A stretch of DNA of 63,422 nucleotides, filler included, from Octopus bimaculoides (GCF_001194135.2; 6 parts of 6 records of this genome joined end to end with filler, not necessarily neighbours in it); one strand, 5' to 3'; shown: positions 11,866 through 25,455, counted from the whole stretch's first letter. Program-made: numbers and translations. The notes: generated by a model from the sequence alone, not told the origin.

Positions 11866-13530
11866 TATAAATGTACACTAATGTATAATATATATATATA
11901 TATACACACACATACAGCTATCTGCTCACAATTTGTGAAATAATACTTCGGTAATTTCTGGTTAATAACAGTTACACGGAGACACACTCTCATACAGTTA
12001 ATACACATACAAACACTTAAACACACAGTCTCATACAGTTGCTTGTATGCATATATATACACACACATTCAGATACCAGCAGACAATCAGTGTCATATTT
12101 CTCATTCACTTATTTTTATTGGGACGCTAACGTTGAGGGAAGGGGAGGGTATGGCGAGTGAGTAAAGCGGACTGACATTGTTGAAGGAAGGGTATACCGA
12201 GTGAGCAACACGGATTTCATTTATATAGAAGACAACACAAAACACAATAGCTGGTAAATAAGTTGGTTTTAGTAATTGTTACAGACTATAGCAGCTTATT
12301 AATATTCTTCTATGTGTCTTCTAAGTTGTTTTCTGATAAATTTGGGGACACTGAATAAAAACCAATAAAAGCTTCAACCACATTACTTATATATAGGATT
12401 TCTAAGGTAAGCACAAGGCCAAACATTTTGGAGGGAGACTATGTGCAATTGGAACAGCCTCAGTTCTTGACTAAAACTTATTTTACTGATTCCAAAAAGA
12501 TGAAAGACATGGCTAACCCTGGTCAGAATTGAACTCGCTGCATAAAGAGACATAGCTGGAAAATATTTTGTCTGTTGCCCTACTGATACTGCTAACTGGC
12601 ATAACTAATATAGAAGCTATAGTTTATCAGTAAATAAATAAAATACTCTTCTTCATAGAAGAAAAGTAAAGTTAAAAATACATACAATCAAAACAAACCT
12701 TATAATGCAATAAAATCAAAAAATTAAATCAACTGCATTACAAGAGCTGAGGTGTAACAACANNNNNNNNNNNNNNNNNNNNNNNNNNNNNNNNNNNNNN
12801 NNNNNNNNNNNNNNNNNNNNNNNNNNNNNNNNNNNNNNNNNNNNNNNNNNNNNNNNNNNNNNNNNNNNNNNNNNNNNNNNNNNNNNNNNNNNNNNNNNNN
12901 NNNNNNNNNNNNNNNNNNNNNNNNNNNNNNNNNNNNNNNNNNNNNNNNNNNNNNNNNNNNNNNNNNNNNNNNNNNNNNNNNNNNNNNNNNNNNNNNNNNN
13001 NNNNNNNNNNNNNNNNNNNNNNNNNNNNNNNNNNNNNNNNNNNNNNNNNNNNNNNNNNNNNNNNNNNNNNNNNNNNNNNNNNNNNNNNNNNNNNNNNNNN
13101 NNNNNNNNNNNNNNNNNNNNNNNNNNNNNNNNNNNNNNNNNNNNNNNNNNNNNNNNNNNNNNNNNNNNNNNNNNNNNNNNNNNNNNNNNNNNNNNNNNNN
13201 NNNNNNNNNNNNNNNNNNNNNNNNNNNNNNNNNNNNNNNNNNNNNNNNNNNNNNNNNNNNNNNNNNNNNNNNNNNNNNNNNNNNNNNNNNNNNNNNNNNN
13301 NNNNNNNNNNNNNNNNNNNNNNNNNNNNNNNNNNNNNNNNNNNNNNNNNNNNNNNATTTCGCAATGTGAAAAAAAATCTTATTGAATTGGTAGGCTCTTT
13401 AACAATTGAGATACATTACGTTTAAATAAAGAAGGAATGTTCGAAACAAACTATTGTACCAGCAAAAATACAGCCAAGCTGAGATTAAAATAAATGAATA
13501 TCATTGTAACTGTTTATGCCTTAAGCTTTT

Positions 13531-14478
13531 CTATTTCTGCTTGTCTTTCTGCCATTGCATGTATGACTTTGACTGCTGTGGTTCTGAATTCAACTGTTCA
13601 GTCTGTGTTAGATTACATTCAAACTCTGGTGTTATTTGGTCCTTGTTATTGCTAGCTCTTTCCTGTTTACAAAGCTTTTCCAAATGATGAGAACACCAGA
13701 TTTTTACAGTGCAGTCATTACTAACAGTTACTAACATCTCAGGGTTTTTAGGATGAAATGCAACAGAGTTCACTACACCTTTGTGTGGGAACTTTTGGAG
13801 GCGAACACTATAGTGCCTATCCCATAAATAACCAAATTTGTCCTCAGCACCACTTGCAACAAATTCATCACAGACATCAAGGAAAATAAAGAAACACTCA
13901 TCATTTGGAGTGTATGCTTTATGGGACCTGTGCATGATGCCCATTTCCTTCAGGTGGACCAAGTCTATCACATGGATATCAATCTCCTGCGCAATGGGAG
14001 GTGGTGTTAGTGGATTTTCAATGCTACAATTTTTAGGCCAGGGCTGGCTGTTTATATAAAGATATCTATGGTCAAGTGACAAACACATGCCAATAATATG
14101 GCCATCAAGTTCAATAAGATGATAGACTTTGTCAAACTGGTGAGGGGATCCTGGTTGATTGTCTTCCACATTTGGGAGCAACCTTACACCATCTTCAGAC
14201 TCTTCCACATTTTCATAGTGTATGGCTTCAAGAGAATGAATTTTTTTAATACCAATCTGATGAAGTGTGTAAGTTTTAGAACCCATTGTAAAAATAAGGT
14301 ATTTGTCATGAACTTTTGAGTTTTCCTTTAAGTCACTAGCCTTCTTAGATATTTCTTCTATATCTTTCAGTGAAGTTGTAGCAGATGAAAACCTTAAACT
14401 CTTGCGAATATTTGTATTTCTTTTGGGAATCCATACTCCAGCAGAACAGCTTCTTGGATCTCGAACACAACCAGGCAT
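13531..14478 (-). pseudogene. FBXW5: FBXW5 (F-box/WD repeat protein 5) C-terminal half, intronless; probable 5'-truncated retrocopy
   Basis: KYLIFTMGSKTY.LHQIGIK, GHIIGMCLS.DHRYLYINS.PWP, PPPIAQEIDIHVIDL, HKAYTPNDECFFIFLDV, VASGAEDKFGYLWDRHY, VVNSVAF match the FBXW5 signature. No F-box/N-terminal half was found upstream; there is an in-frame TAA about 18 codons before the ATG. Confidence 0.85.
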
Positions 14479-14599
14479 AGAACATTTATCTGAATCTTTA
14501 TCATTATTTAATTTTTCTTCAAGAAATTATTTTTATTTAATGAAAATTTAATAAAATCTAATCTTAAGTTATGCTAAATACAACTAAATTGAAAACCTT

Positions 14600-14737
14600 T
14601 TGCCCCTGGCCATATCGGCAATTCTGAAAACTTCTGGGTGCGAATTTTACATGAGTGGAAGCTATTTTTAACAATTTTTATCCTGAAAATCACCTGCATA
14701 AATTACACAGGTGGCAAATTACATGGGCTTTTACGGT
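14600..14737 (-). mobile_element. Possible pogo/Tc1-like MITE terminus
   Basis: Ends gcaaattacatgggcttttacggta (minus strand TA|CCGTAAAAGCCCATGTAATTTGC), resembling pogo-type TIR starts. No partner TIR was found. Confidence 0.3.
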
Positions 14738-15636
14738 ATATGTGCAACAAAATGTGGCCATGCCTTCTGAAACTGATGTAATTTCTTCATCATTTTCCTA
14801 GATGTAAAAAAACAACAAACAAAACAAAAATCTAAAAAATAGCAAGCTATATGTTTATAGTGTTAGACCAATACTAAACTGTACCTAATATTAGTGACAT
14901 GCAGGCCTCTTCTGATTTCACACATCTGTTATCCTTTCAGAAATGAAATTAAATATTTTCTACAAAAAATTGTGCCCTACAAGTTTAATCAAATATGCAG
15001 TTTAAAGAATTTCATAATTTTAGAATTTCTTCTTCAATGAAAGTCATATGACAACCACGAGAATATATTTAGCACCAAGTGTTAGTTTCATTGTTAAATC
15101 TAATTTGGAACTAGTAAAGTGGCCTTAAATAGATTAAATATACAATTGTAACTGACTTAATGCAATCGTTTTGTTTTTGTCGTTTACTTTACTAAATTAA
15201 TACTAAAATAATACCTCAGATAGCAATTGCTTATATTTTTTTTATAATAGTCTTTTGGATCCTAATAATAACTTGACAAAATCTCATGGATAGTGAATAT
15301 CTGTAAAAAGTTAACTACAGATTATAGTTGCCTCTTTGTTACTATTTAGATAGTTTCACTTGCAAATGAAACATTAAATTATATTTCATAGAGGATAATG
15401 GTTCTAATACTAGTAACATTTTAAAAAATAAATGTATAAAATTGATATAAAACAAATTGTATTAGAAATGAATAATTTAGTAAAATAAATAGAACGAGCA
15501 TTAACATAAAATATTGGTTATTAGTAAATTGAAGACTGATGGTATCAGTAAAGTGTGATAAACTACTCATGCCAAAAAAAACAAAACCAAAAAAAACCCC
15601 TATCCCCCAGCTATCTTGCCATAGTAACTTAAGTAC

Positions 15637-15681
15637 CTGTTGGATAGTGAAAAGATGCCACTCTACGACATAAAATCTCAT
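15637..15681 (-). CDS. PARD3: Candidate 45-nt Par-3 cassette exon (phase 1-1), (D)EILCRRVASFHYPT
   Basis: Acceptor ctatttcag, donor gtactt, open in the phase left by the CR3 exon. Support is splice signals and phase only, with no homology recognised. Confidence 0.45.
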
Positions 15682-17194
15682 CTGAAATAGATGTATGTTA
15701 GAACTATAATTATAAAATACAACAAAATACAATACTATACTAATAGTTTTAATCAAGTCTAATAAGTTTAATCAAGTCTAATAAGTCATCCTTTATGTAA
15801 TTACATTACTTGCAAACAAGATTACATTGAAAATTTATAGACTTTTCAGAAATGGAAATTTTAAATACATATACTGAAATGTAAAAAGAAAATTCTAATG
15901 ACAAAGTATATTAACATATGTAATGTATCTATTTTCTGAAATTACAAGATTACTTATTAAAATAATAGTGCTAGCCAATCGAATATTAAATTAAAACAAA
16001 AATATAAAAAAGCCAGAAGTTTAATAGTGGCATAGATTCTTCATAATTGACAAAAGAATTGATGCAGTTTCTTTTTGAATATTAAGAATCAAACAGCAAC
16101 AAGGAAAAGAATTGGTATATCAAAGATTTAAATTGAACTTCAAATAATTTTTAGAGATTACAAAATATTTCTTGTTGCCATGACAGTATCAAAAGGTGGG
16201 ATTCCTTGAAAATATTTCAGTCTTAAACTGTTTGTTGATCTTTTACAAAGCTTAAGTCTGCCCTACACTTGAGTAAGCCTCACACACCTAGAACATTCAA
16301 CAAAATTTGATTAATCAGTATTTGGATAAATTTAGTAACCATCATATTTCGGTGATCTTGCTTTTAAAGTAATCACCTATTTAAATCTGTTTTGACCTTT
16401 TAATGTCTATTTTTTTTTAGTTATTTCTGTATAAGTACTTATCTACTAACATTTTCTATTATTTAATTAACCATCATCATTTTGACACACTGGGAATAAT
16501 TTGCATGAATCTGCATGTTGTCAGTATTTTTTGTCTTTTGTCAAATTTTCTGTGGAACCCAGCATCCTGAGATCTGACTTCATTACCAAGAAAATTCTTA
16601 AACAGAAACCAATATTCAGTTGGCTGGAACATAGAAACATGAATCTGACAAATTTCTGACTGACAAAAGCAGCATTTTTGAACACTAGACTAAATTTTAT
16701 GAAAATATTTATCTCAATGAAACCAATAACTGTCAGATCCTAATTAGCTGATACCCATCTATTCTTCATGCAGAAACTCAATGGAAAATTAATGCACTGA
16801 AGTTGAGTAAAAGCCTACAATCATTTTGAATTTCTAAAAGCTGATGAAGCAGGGAGTAACTGCAAATGCAGTTTACTAAACTATTCACCTAGTTTCTTTC
16901 ACCAGGATATATTTCCTAATCTTTTAAAGAAACTGTTATTGTAGTTCTGTAAGAGGAAGATCACAGTACTCTAACTATAGACCTATAAGCCTTCTAAGTC
17001 ATGTCTACAAGCTATTTATAGGTATTAACAAAATGTCAATAGAATCCAATAGACCTTTCTACATAGCATTGGCGTCATTAAGATCTTTGACAATGTACCT
17101 AAATATTTAATAGAAAAAGTATAGCCAATTTAATTTGGAAATTTTACTAACATTAATAAGTGAATAACATAAATAAACAACTGATAAATTACTA

Positions 17195-17416
<222 letters not shown>

Positions 17417-17629
17417 TTATTTAATGTTGTCATAAAAACTTGAAATAATGCAAATAAATTTATATCAATTTCTACTTTAGTAATTTTACAAGTCAAACAT
17501 AATTTTATCTAAGGTAATGTCTCCATTATAAAATGTTGAATAGCATTAAGTCATAAATTCATAAAGCATAAAAAAAAAAAACTGAATAGATATTGAAGAC
17601 TTTGAAGAAAATATTTGTTCATCACTTAC

Positions 17630-17913
17630 AATTCTACACCGTCAAATTTATCTGTTATGTGAGGATGCCAGTTGTCAGAACGATCTGAAGGATTGCGGTA
17701 CTGGTTTGAATGATAGACTTCAGATGGATGAGATGTAGGATATGGAGGTGGTTGATTATCACTGCTTTTTCGATGAGGCTGAGGTAAACGTGAAATATTT
17801 TGGTGGGGTATTCTTGTAGGTGAATTTTGCTCTTGCTGATCGTCAAAGTCTTTGTGACGGTGTTTTGAATGATAAGAAAGTGAGGGATCCCCAACAAAAA
17901 CTGGTGGATATCT
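17630..17913 (-). CDS. PARD3: Par-3 linker exon (P/H/S-rich, contains PPPY)
   Basis: Acceptor tttcctatttag, donor gtaagt, 284 nt open (RYPPVFVGD...QPPPYPTSH...KFDGVE). Phases 0 to 2 fit both neighbouring Par-3 exons. Confidence 0.85.
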
Positions 17914-19265
17914 CTAAATAGGAAAAGAAAAATAGTTAGTTCTATAAACCTTAATATTAGAAGATTATTTACATAGAATATTTAACATTTAGGTGGTTGA
18001 TCAGCAAAATTGTTATGAAATCAGAAAAACGTCATGTGATATTTCATTTGGATCTATGTGTTCTGAGTTCAAATGATGGCAAGATAAACTTCCCCTTTCA
18101 TCCTTTTGGGGCAAATTAAAAAGAAGTACCATACAAGCACTGTGGAAGAAGGAGCAATTTCCTCACCCCTCTCTCTCTCACACACAGAATCAGCAGATCT
18201 CTGATTATTATTATTCAAATGAGGATGACAGCTAGTTCCAAGCCTGAGTAAAAGAAGTGGGATGAGCTTTGGGTTAGCAACCACTTCTCAGCTCACTCAA
18301 AAACTTTGTGATCTTGTTGCAGACATGGTGGGCATGGACAGATAGATGTATGGCATAGAAGGGGATGGACTAAGGGCTTAACAATTAGAAATTGTTCACA
18401 AACTGGTACTAAATTACTATTATTAATAAATCCCACACACAGGTATGAAGAATCACTGCATAGGACACTTAACAACTTCAAATTTATAATATCAATTAGA
18501 AATGTTGATATATTCATATAAAAAGTGAAATGGTAAACTAAGGAAAACATGTTTTTACTTCTTTAAATCTAATAAAGATGAGATGGCCAGTTTGAAAAAT
18601 AGTAGTTTATTGTAGCCAAAAATCAGCTGCTTTGAATGTTGGCAGGTTAAACCAAAATACCAAAGGTCTTTGGACTTCTGCTCCTTTGGCTTAACCTGTT
18701 AATAACAGAACAAAAATCTAATTCTGTCTAATCATTGTCACTTGATAAAAGAACTAGGCAAGGTTTTTATGTGATAACATTGCTAACCATAAAATAAAGA
18801 GATATCGAACTGATGCACAGTAATACTGAATGAAGGAAAATTCAAAATAGTTAAAGAAAGAATTGGCCTGAATTTATTTAGGATAAACTTATATCAACTT
18901 TTCAGAAAATTTCAAACCAGATTATTGATTATTTTTATTTATTGAGATGATAATGATTGGATAAGTTTTCAGATTTTGATATTTAAATGTATTTTTTGAA
19001 CAAGCATAAAAAACTGCAGTAATTTCAGAATAAAATGTCTTTTGTAATGATTGATTAACATTACTTCAATGATTCAGCTTATAGTTCATTGACTTAAAAT
19101 CTATAGGTGGTGCTTGAAACTGTTCACTAATAATATATTGATTAGGAGAAAACCACATTCTCTTACAAAATTCTCTACTTGAACATGCAATTGGGTAAAC
19201 TTGCATTTAATTTTCTATTAATTTATTAGAAGAAACAATCTGATAATATAACACAGATATAGATA

Positions 19266-19662
19266 GGCGCAGGAGTGGCTGTGTGGTAAGTAGTTTGCTC
19301 ACCAACCACATGGTTCCAGGTTCAGTCCCACTGCGTGACACTTTGGGCAAGTGTCTTCTACTATAGTCTTGGGCCGACCAAAGCCTTGTGAGTGGATTTG
19401 GTAGACGGAAACTGAAAGAAGCCTGTCATGTATATGTATATATATGTGTATGCTTGTGTGTCTGTGTTTGTCCCCCCAACATCACTTGACAACCGATGCT
19501 GGTGTGTTTACGTTCCCGTAACTTAGCGGTTCGGCAAAAACAGACCGATAGAATAAGTACTAGGCTTACAAAAATAAGTCCTGGGGTCGATTTGCTCGAC
19601 TAAAGGCGGTGCTCCAGCATGGCCACAGTCAAATGACTGAAACAAGTAAAAGAGTAAAAGAG
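19266..19662 (+). mobile_element. tRNA-like SINE family A (internal microsatellite)
   Basis: Head ggcgcaggagtggctgtgtggtaag...ggttcagtccc with A/B-box-like motifs and a (gtaaaaga) tail. Homologous to 31704-32135 and 45636-46070. Confidence 0.8.
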
Positions 19663-20549
19663 AATATATATATATATATATATATAGGGAATATTGATCA
19701 TTGTAAAGGTCCTATGCTCATGAACAATTCAAAATTCATATGTTAACTAAAGTGCTTTCCTTTATTCTATTTGGAAAATAGTTATCTCTCATAGGGTGTT
19801 GTAGAACGATTTCAGACAGGGAAAGCATCTAAGTATAAAAATAGTTGTTCCAAGAATTTCTATCCACCCTCAGGTGAAATACACAAACATTTATACTTCT
19901 TATAAAATAATATCCAAATTAAACATGAGCAAGAAATTTTAAAAAGTATTATTTATTTATATAATATAGTGCAAGCCTGCTCAAAGTGGACGATACTATC
20001 TCCTGGAGGTGGAGGAGGGCAGATTGGTGTAAAATTTTATAGAGTAATTGGGATAAAGGAGGCAGTAGAGGGTGGGGATAGATGCATCCTTTAATTGCTC
20101 TAATTTTCAAAAATATTTTCAAATTGTATTGTGTGGTAAAAATAAGGTGGTGAGCCACCAGAATCGTTAGCACATCAGATGAAATGCTTAGTGGCATTTC
20201 ACCTGTCTTTGTGCTCTGAATAAGTACCAGTTGAGTACTGGGGTTGATGTAATTGGCTTACCCCCTCTTCTGAAACTGCTGGTCTTGTGCTAAAATTTGA
20301 AACCAATATTACTGGTCAAAACATTATTTTGATATTCCACATTATATTGATGTAATGACTTATGTACAAGCAGACTTTTAATGGTGATCACTTTTTCAAC
20401 AGCAAATTTTGTGGTGAATTTAATTTTGCTGAATTGTAGTAAAGGGATGATGAAAGAATGTTAGTAAAAAGAAAGTGGGGTGGGGGCAAAAGTTAAAAAG
20501 TTTGAGAGGCACTGATATAGAAAAATCAACTTCAATAGGACAAAAATTA

Positions 20550-21257
<708 letters not shown>

Positions 21258-21305
21258 CTAGAGAACAGAAAACAAGAATACATTGATAATAAATTTTTAT
21301 GACAT

Positions 21306-21379
<74 letters not shown>

Positions 21380-23707
21380 TGTGTGTGTGTGTGTGTGTAA
21401 AATTATTTATATACCTAGTTTTTGTATTTGGTTTGCAAGATACTTGATGTGAATTTGTGTTGAAACAAATCATGTTTTGGGAAGTTCATTACACCAATAA
21501 GAACCAGTGTGTGTGTTTATTATTCTTGGCATAACGACTCTCCCAAATCATAACTGTGTGTGTGTGTGTGTGTGCACGCGTGTGTGGCCTCTCTGCACTT
21601 TGAGTTCAAATACTGTTAAAGTCAACTTTGCCTTTCACCCATCAGAGTTGATAAATAAAGTACCAATCCCTGTACAGTTAGACCTGGAGAGGGATGGACT
21701 CCACCAGGTTCAAAAATGCTCAAGACACACTGTATGTTATGATGACACCCATACAACTTCATCAAGGAGTTAAGGGCCCATGGTATAGCATAAGCATGGA
21801 ATCATCATCTTTATCATTTTAATGCCTACTTTTCTATGCTTGCATGGTTTAGATAGAATTTGTTGATGCAGTTTTTCTATGGCTAGATGCCTTTCCTGTT
21901 GCCAACACTTACCTGTTTTCAAACAAGGTAATACTTCCTCATGGCCAAGCATGTTTTTATAGAAGACTGGAAACAATGGACAAATCTTGTATGACACTGA
22001 TGCTCATTTACAACTGTTGTGTTATGTCAAAACAAGGACACACAGAGGCTTCTTTTAATTTCCGTCTATTAAATTAACACACACTTTAGAGTTTGGTCTT
22101 TAAAAGCAAACTTTCCAAAATGAAAGCTCTCAAAAGCAATTTATGAATTCAATTTCAGGAAATATGATAGCAAATAAAAGAATTAAGTTAGTAGCAAGTT
22201 ATGAAAACAAATATTTTAAAATTGTCATTATCATCATCATCTTTTAAAATCTTTCTTCCACACTATCGAATGCTTTCTACAGCTGGATGCTCTTTCTAAT
22301 ACCAATCATTTTACAGAGTGTACTGGGTGTTTTTGTGTGTCACTGGCACTAATAAGGGCATGACAACAGTAGAGAGGCAGTGATTTTATACTTGGAGATT
22401 AGAGGTTAAGTATGAAAGAAGGACCCAGAATAGAACAGGTTTTTTGCTGTAGAGGAGCTACATAGCTACTCACATCATAGAAGAGAGATTAGAAGTAACT
22501 GGGCTGGAACCAGAAAAAAAGATAAAATAGTGGTGATGAGGTATTGGGGGACCTCAAAGTACAAGAAAGTGAATAGAAGTAAGGACAAAAGAACAGAGAG
22601 CATGAGTGGGTAGCAGTTGCAAAAATGTAGGGGGGAGAGTGAAGGATGGTTTGTAATATTTGATTAGAAAGTTGCAAAAAATATAAGGTATGGAATAGGA
22701 ATAATCAACTGAATGGTAGACAAGATTGGATTGATGAATAGAAGTGGAAAGGTAGAGGAGAGTGGGTAATGACTGACAGTACAAATAAGGGTGAAGAGCA
22801 GTAGAATAGTAACAATACAGCAGAGAGAGAAAGGACGAAAAAGGAAACTGGTGTGTGGGTGGTTAACTTGCAAGAGTGTGAGAAGAGAGCTAGGCATAAT
22901 GTATGCAGAGAGTGAGAGATGTATGATGGTGTAGAAAGAGATACAGTATGGTAGCACAAAATGGTGACCAATATAAAATGTAAATGAAGAGGAAGAACAT
23001 TAAGAATGAAAGAAAGATAACAAATAAAATGATTCTGGGCAGTGAGAAAGATAAATATTATCAAAGAAAAAGATAATGAAATATGTAGTATTCACCTCAT
23101 TTAATAGCATCAGGAAAATACTGCACTTTGGCAAGTGATGGGAGTGGTCAGTGATAGAAAGATGATGGGTGACTGAAAAGGCTTGAAGAGAAAATTGAAC
23201 AAGGGGTCCTTGTTCTGTGTGTGTGTGTGTNNNNNNNNNNNNNNNNNNNNNNNNNNNNNNNNNNNNNNNNNNNNTTAATTAATTAANNNNNNNNNNNNNN
23301 NNNNNNNNNNNNNNNNNNNNNNNNNNNNNNTATATATACATATATATGTATAGATTTCTATATATATCTAAATAGGTAAAGAGATGACAAAAAGAATAAA
23401 CGATTATCTTATGAACTTCATTAGCTTACAGCTGTTTCTGCGCTGAAGTTCACTGCAGAAACAGCTGTAAGTTCTTTCTGCAGTGGCCTTGTAGTTGAGT
23501 GTCTGAGTAACACTTGATGACTTAATTGGGGCCTCGAATATGAAGTGCAATTTAATGAAGTTCACATGATGATCGTTTATTCCTTCATCTTCTCTTTTCT
23601 TATTACTGGTCTGCACTCAAGTAACATTTCATCCAGAGCCTTGTACCAAAATTTGAAACCGTTACTACTACTACTACTACTACTACTAATAATAATAATA
23701 ATATTAT

Positions 23708-23937
23708 TAAGTGAGCTAGCAGAACTGTTAGCACACCAGGCGAAATGCTTAGCAGTATTTTGTCCGCCTTTACATTCTGAGTTCAAATTCCGCCGAGGTC
23801 GACTCTGCCTTTCATCCTTTTGGGGTCGATAAATTAAGTACCAGTGATACACTGGGGTCGCTGTAATCGACTAGTCCCTTTCCCCAAAATTTTCAAGGCC
23901 TTGTGCCTAGAATAGAATTAATAATAATAATAATAAC

Positions 23938-23968
<31 letters not shown>

Positions 23969-24141
23969 GTAATAATGACCACGCACATATGGCTGTGATG
24001 CATGTGCCTGGTGTACCCTTATCAGACGGGTAGTCATGATGGGTATAATGGGCTTCGTATATTTTACCCCAGTGTCACTTTGATGGCATGCACTGCTCTC
24101 TCACTCAATAATAATAATAATAATAATAATACTTATTATTA

Positions 24142-24206
<65 letters not shown>

Positions 24207-24324
24207 TAGTTTTTATTTTTATAACGTGCTTTCACTTCACTACCGAGCGCAGCTCTGTGTGCCTTGGCTATGTGCTGTGGTTTGCTGTGATGCTCTTATG
24301 GTTACTGTATTCAAAGTGTTTTGC

Positions 24325-24374
<50 letters not shown>

Positions 24375-25130
24375 GTTATTAAGGTAGCGAGCTGGCAGAA
24401 TTGTTAGCATGCCGGACAAAATGTTAAGCAGTATTTCGTCCATCTTTACACTCTGAGTTCAAATTCTGCCAGGGTCAACTTTGCTTTTCATTCTCTTGGA
24501 GTCGATAAACTAAGTACCAGTGAAACACTGGGGCCGATGTAATTGATTAGTCCCCTCCCCCCAAATTTCAGGCCTCGTGCCTGTAGTAGAAAGGATTATT
24601 ATTATTAAGGCAAAGAGCTGGTAGAATTGTTAGCTTAGCAGCAGTTCATCCGTCTTTATGTTCTGAGTTCAAATTCTACCAGGGTCGACTTTGCCTTTTA
24701 TCGTTATAGAGTTGATAAAATAAATACCAGTTGTACACTAGGGTCAATATAAATGCCTATCTTTTCCTCCAAAGTTTCAGGCCTTGTGCCTATTGTATAG
24801 GGTGTCCACAAGGTCTGGGTACATGGAGTAAATAAAATCATAACATAAACAATTAAATATAAGAAATGATAATTTCTTAAAGTATGTGTTAATCCCCATG
24901 TACCCAGACTTTGTGGACACCCTGTAGAAAGGATTATTATTATTTTTAGGGTGGCAGGCTGGTAGAATCATTAGCATGTTTAGCAAAATGCTTAGTACCA
25001 TACCTTCTGGCTCTTTACTTTCTCGGTTCAAATTCCACAGTGGTTAACTTTGTCTTTGATCCTTTTGGTGTGGGTCAATAAAATAAGTAGTGGATAAGCT
25101 CTGAGATCAATCTAATCAACTAGCCCCCTT
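23708..25130 (+). mobile_element. Cluster of four same-orientation SINE family B copies separated by (ATT)n/(AAT)n tracts
   Basis: Repeated gagctggcagaa..gttagca...ctgagttcaaatt...gtcgactttgcctttcatcc...aagtaccag units starting near 23708, 24381, 24606 and 24948. Confidence 0.8.
24798..24924. mobile_element. 127-bp Tc1/mariner-type MITE with TA target duplication, inserted in a SINE B tail
   Basis: TIR (c/t)agggtgtccacaa(a/g)gtctgggtacatgg at both ends; TA at 24796-24797 and 24925-24926. Confidence 0.88.
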
Positions 25131-25157
25131 CTTGATAAAAATTACTGACTTTCGAGC

Positions 25158-25455
25158 GAGATCGTTGCCAGTGCCCCTGGACTGGCTCTTGTGCAGGTGG
25201 CACATAAAATACACCATCTTGAGCGTGGCCGTTGCCAGTACCGCCTGACTGGCCTTCGTGCGGGTGACACGTAAAAGCACCCACTACACTCTCTGAGTGG
25301 TTGACGTTAGGAAGGGCATCCAGCCGTAGAAACTCTACCAAATCAGATTGGAGCCTGGCGTAGCCATCTGGTTTCACCAGTCCTCAGTCAAATCGTCCAA
25401 CCCATGCTAGCATGGAAAGCGGACGTTAAACGACGACGATGATGATGATGATGAT
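25158..25455 (+). mobile_element. 3' end of RTE family 2 (3' UTR plus (GAT)n tail)
   Basis: Matches the 3' UTR of 56760-57192 and ends ggaaagcggacgttaaacgacgacgatgatgat. Confidence 0.8.

Noticed and set aside
23231-23330. TTAATTAATTAA islands between N runs (23275, 47310, 57831, 59904, 62106)
   Set aside because: Each is exactly 44 N + 12 bp + 44 N = 100 bp with stops in all six frames. This is an assembler placeholder, not a biological repeat or PacI-site array.
23700-25130. SINE B as the partner of the R4/Dong element
   Set aside because: The SINE sense tail is (ATT)n whereas the Dong-like sense tail is (TAA)n on the opposite strand, and no shared 3' sequence was seen.
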